This document shows positions 16,887 through 19,401 of a DNA stretch of 19,401 bases, in pieces. Origin of the DNA: an uncultured archaeon (GTDB lineage: Archaea > Asgardarchaeota > Jordiarchaeia > Jordiarchaeales > Jordiarchaeaceae); the NCBI GenBank assembly GCA_964510585.1, contig CAZECW010000169.1, positions 1 to 19,401 on the forward strand, written 5' to 3'. A model generated the notes under the pieces. The model saw only the letters and a list, made by a program, of their open reading frames with translations, was not told where the DNA came from and ran no database searches. Position 1 is the stretch's first letter. Each line of letters opens with the position of its first letter. The position numbers and the translations under genes were made by a program.

Positions 16887-17990
16887 TTATCCTACAACTT
16901 TTCGGAATACTCGGAGAAAGTTTTTCCCGGCTATTTTGTCTATTTCCTGATCACTATAGCCCCTTTTAGCTAGCCCCTTGATTAGATTTGGAAACTTTGT
17001 GTAATCTTCAAAGCCTTCCATTTTTGTGGCGAAGCTGGCTCTATGTTCTGGCCTAAAGCCCAAAACTTGGAGAAACTCGCTTATCTTTTTAGCTAATGGT
17101 TCTGGAAGTGAGAAACCGTAGAAATCTGTTCCTATTCCCACATAGTCAACTCCCACTAGGTTTACGATGTAGTCAACATGGTCTAGCCAGTCCTCAATGG
17201 TGGTCTTGGGTCTGCTGGTTAGGAATCCGGGCACCGCGAGTACACCTATGTATCCTCCTTTTTCAGCTATAGCTTTAAGGAGCTCATCGGTTTTGCCTCT
17301 ATCGTGGTCATATAACTTTTTGGAAAAAGTGTGGGTGGCCACCACAGGATCTTTTGAGTTTTCCACGGCGTCCATAGAGGTTTTAGGTCCACAGTGGGAA
17401 ACATCCACCAATACCCCGAGCTTGTTCATCCTTTCAATAACTGTTAATCCATAGTTGCTAAGTCCCCCGTCCATCCTTTCCGTACACCCATCTCCCACCA
17501 GGTTTCTATAGTTATAGGTTAACTGCATTATTCGGACACCCATCATGTAATAAAGGTCTAATAAATCAATGTTGGAACCGATGTGCTCCAAGCTTTGAAA
17601 ACTGAATATGATGCCTTTTTTATCCTGTTTGAAGGCTTTCTCAATATCCTCTGCTTTTAAAACCTTCACAAAGAAATCCTTCCTGGTGTCAACTATGTGT
17701 GTTAGAAAAGAGTAATTGTGGAAAACCCCCTCATAGGAGTAGGGTTTCTCGTGAATTGGGCCAACTGTCCAGCTCACACAAGTGACTCCCGACTTCCTCC
17801 AAGCATCCACATATTTTGAAAAATAATCATTATCTGAAGCAATGGTCTTGGCTGCAACCAAAATGAGATCTTGAATAATCTTCCAAGGACTAAGACCCAG
17901 AGACAACATCTGGTTACTGGTTTCTACTAAGTTATCCGACCAAACCATCGGACCGTGACTTAAAGTGTCTATAATTAGTCTAGAGTTCAC
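16887..17990 (-). CDS. Membrane dipeptidase (peptidase M19) family amidohydrolase
   Basis: MQLTYN..N..GDGC, GLS.YG..VIERMNKLGVLVDVSH, THT, GIGTDF, IAGKNFLRVF. Confidence 0.88.
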   Translation of the reverse strand: MNSRLIIDTLSHGPMVWSDNLVETSNQMLSLGLSPWKIIQDLILVAAKTIASDNDYFSKYVDAWRKSGVTCVSWTVGPIHEKPYSYEGVFHNYSFLTHIVDTRKDFFVKVLKAEDIEKAFKQDKKGIIFSFQSLEHIGSNIDLLDLYYMMGVRIMQLTYNYRNLVGDGCTERMDGGLSNYGLTVIERMNKLGVLVDVSHCGPKTSMDAVENSKDPVVATHTFSKKLYDHDRGKTDELLKAIAEKGGYIGVLAVPGFLTSRPKTTIEDWLDHVDYIVNLVGVDYVGIGTDFYGFSLPEPLAKKISEFLQVLGFRPEHRASFATKMEGFEDYTKFPNLIKGLAKRGYSDQEIDKIAGKNFLRVFRKVVG

Positions 17991-18310
17991 AATTTATCTC
18001 CTCCAGTTTAACTAACCTTTATACCTATCTTTTTTATACTTCTAGTATATATTTGTTCCAGTTTTCTTAACCCAAAAATTACAGGCGACACGAGTTAGTG
18101 ATGCTCCTCTCGCTCGTTTTTGTCTAACCCATAAATCTTCCAGAGCACATAGCAGATTTCGAATGAGTTTGAGTGGTGCAGCTAATAGTAACTTTTTTCA
18201 GCCAAAGTCCTTATGAATTCTCCACACATTTTACTGCAGCGCGAAAAGCATATTTCAGTCATTAAGATTTAATAAATCACGGGATTTTTTAAAATCTGGA
18301 TGGAATTTCG

Positions 18311-18489
18311 ATGAGTGAACTTAAAATCACTAATTCGGGGATAAATTTTCTGGATAATTTGTTGGGTGATGGATTCTTATCCAATTCTATTATTGTTATT
18401 TCACACCAGCCAGGCTCTAAAATTCGCCATCTAGGACTACAGATAGGATTAAACAAGTTCAATGAAAAGTTTCACCTGATCAACGTTAC
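18311..18489 (+). pseudogene. 5' part of a RAD55/KaiC-like (RecA-fold) gene interrupted by the IS
   Basis: SGINFLDNLLGDGFLSNSIIVISHQPGS resembles the TGIxxLDxLLGGG...GxPGSGKT N-terminus; frame enters the IS at AAC GTT AC|A. Confidence 0.7.
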
Positions 18490-18587
18490 AAAACCGTTGG
18501 CGGGAAAGCCCCCGACTTCAAGTCGTGGGGATGAATCGCCAAAAAGCTTATAGGCTGGTATATTGATAGATTTATGGTTATCAATAG

Positions 18588-18977
18588 ATGGAATACAGAC
18601 ATTCTCGAAACCAAGTCTATCCCATCAACTACCACCTCGTCTGGCGCCCCAAGCGCAGAAAGCCAGTCCTCGTAAACGAGGTAAAAATGCGGCTGGAGCA
18701 AATCCTGAGAGAAGCAGCAAAGGAGAAGGACGTGGAAATCCCGGCGCTAGAAGCGCAACCAGACCACCTTCACCTGTTCATGTCTGCATATCCCCAACTT
18801 CCAGCCCACAAGCTCGTCAAGGCATTCAAGGGCCACTCGTCTCACCACTTAAGAAGGGAGCTCCCCCACCTGCTTAAGCTTCCGTCACTTTGGACGAACT
18901 CATACCTCTTTTCGACAGCGGAGAACATGTCGAACAAAACCATTCAGAAATACATCGAAACGCAGTCGAGGCTGTGA
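18588..18977 (+). CDS. tnpA: IS200-type Y1 (HUH) transposase, possibly decaying
   Basis: NYHLVW.PK, PDHLHL (HUH), LWTNSY, KYIETQ (catalytic Tyr...Gln). Confidence 0.93.
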   Translation: MEYRHSRNQVYPINYHLVWRPKRRKPVLVNEVKMRLEQILREAAKEKDVEIPALEAQPDHLHLFMSAYPQLPAHKLVKAFKGHSSHHLRRELPHLLKLPSLWTNSYLFSTAENMSNKTIQKYIETQSRL

Positions 18978-18979
18978 AA

Positions 18980-19401
18980 ATGAAGCGTACAAACACGTTT
19001 GCACTCGCCCCAACGAAAAAACAACACAGGCAGCTGTCGGAGATCGCAGATGCATGCGCCCGACTGTGGAACGAACTTAACTATCGTCGCAGGCAATCTT
19101 TCTTCAAGGGCAAGATCAACTGGGAGAGCCGCGACCTCTACAACAAGTATAAGGGTATAGTGGGCTCCGCAACCGCCCAGCAAATCCAGAGGAAGAACAA
19201 CGAAGCCTGGAAATCGTTCTTCGCCCTACTTAGACAAAAAGCCGAGGGAAAACTCCCGCCACACACACAAAAGGTGGCACCGCCGCGCTACTGGAAGGAT
19301 TGGAAGAAAGGAAAGCGGAAGCTCTTGATTCTAATCAGGCGCGACTGCTATAGGATGGAAGCGGGCATCCTGAAGCTCCCCTCGAAACTGAAAGTAAAGT
19401 G
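18980..19401 (+). CDS. tnpB: TnpB RNA-guided nuclease, N-terminal 140 aa (partial; absent from the supplied ORF track)
   Basis: My translation: MKRTNTFALAPTKKQHRQLSEIADACARLWNELNYRRRQSFF...GSATAQQIQRKNNEAWKSFF...PPRYWKD...; archaeal IS605 OrfB type; starts 2 nt after the tnpA stop. Confidence 0.92.
   Translation, partial: MKRTNTFALAPTKKQHRQLSEIADACARLWNELNYRRRQSFFKGKINWESRDLYNKYKGIVGSATAQQIQRKNNEAWKSFFALLRQKAEGKLPPHTQKVAPPRYWKDWKKGKRKLLILIRRDCYRMEAGILKLPSKLKVK

Larger units (their letters stand above)
18490..19401 (+). mobile_element. IS200/IS605-family element (IS608-like ends, tnpA-tnpB), truncated by the window end
   Basis: TTAC target at 18486-18489; AAAG guide at +16 to +19; hairpin CCCCCGACTTCAAGTCGTGGGG; tnpA then tnpB; higher GC than the host genes (34/60 at 18721-18780). 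Confidence 0.95.

Noticed and set aside
16694-16969. 91-aa ORF following the epimerase
   Set aside because: It overlaps the convergent dipeptidase 3' end and has no motifs; probably spurious.
12612-18490. Composite transposon carrying pyk, epimerase and dipeptidase
   Set aside because: The two left ends face outward on opposite strands; Y1 transposition needs a left and a right end on the same strand flanking the cargo.
156-19183. Many short antisense or alternate-frame ORFs in the track (e.g. 1511-1954, 2330-2770, 7552-7968, 11490-12047, 14315-14791, 18563-18877)
   Set aside because: They are shadows of well-supported genes on the other strand or frame.
1-19401. CRISPR array, tRNA or rRNA genes
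   Set aside because: I found no regularly spaced repeats and no cloverleaf or rRNA-like segments; the only long repeat is the shared IS left end.

Overview
Archaeal genomic window (TATA boxes, GGTGA/GGAGG ribosome-binding sites, archaeal thiolase/DUF35, ADP-forming acyl-CoA ligase and archaeal-type TnpB; an Asgard-like origin is my inference only). It is mostly metabolic and housekeeping genes: HdrD/GlpC-like Fe-S protein, thiolase plus DUF35, cysteine hydrolase, LarA-family protein, two unknown membrane proteins, AcdA, ClC-CBS channel, HTH/Zn-ribbon regulator, nitronate monooxygenase/FabK-like flavoprotein, pyruvate kinase, SDR epimerase with a Zn-ribbon tail, and an M19 dipeptidase. The notable content is a pair of related IS200/IS605 (IS608-like) elements. 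One is a tnpA-tnpB element starting at 18490, cut by the window end, that interrupts a RAD55/KaiC-like gene. The other is a 275-bp non-coding element (12338-12612, minus strand) that keeps both IS608-type ends, TATA-like motifs and a multi-hairpin segment abutting the right end. The short element looks like a stand-alone omegaRNA (guide RNA) cassette that could be served in trans by TnpA/TnpB. Both elements sit 3' of GTTAC inside a gene, in the sense orientation. Family assignments come from motif recognition without database searches.
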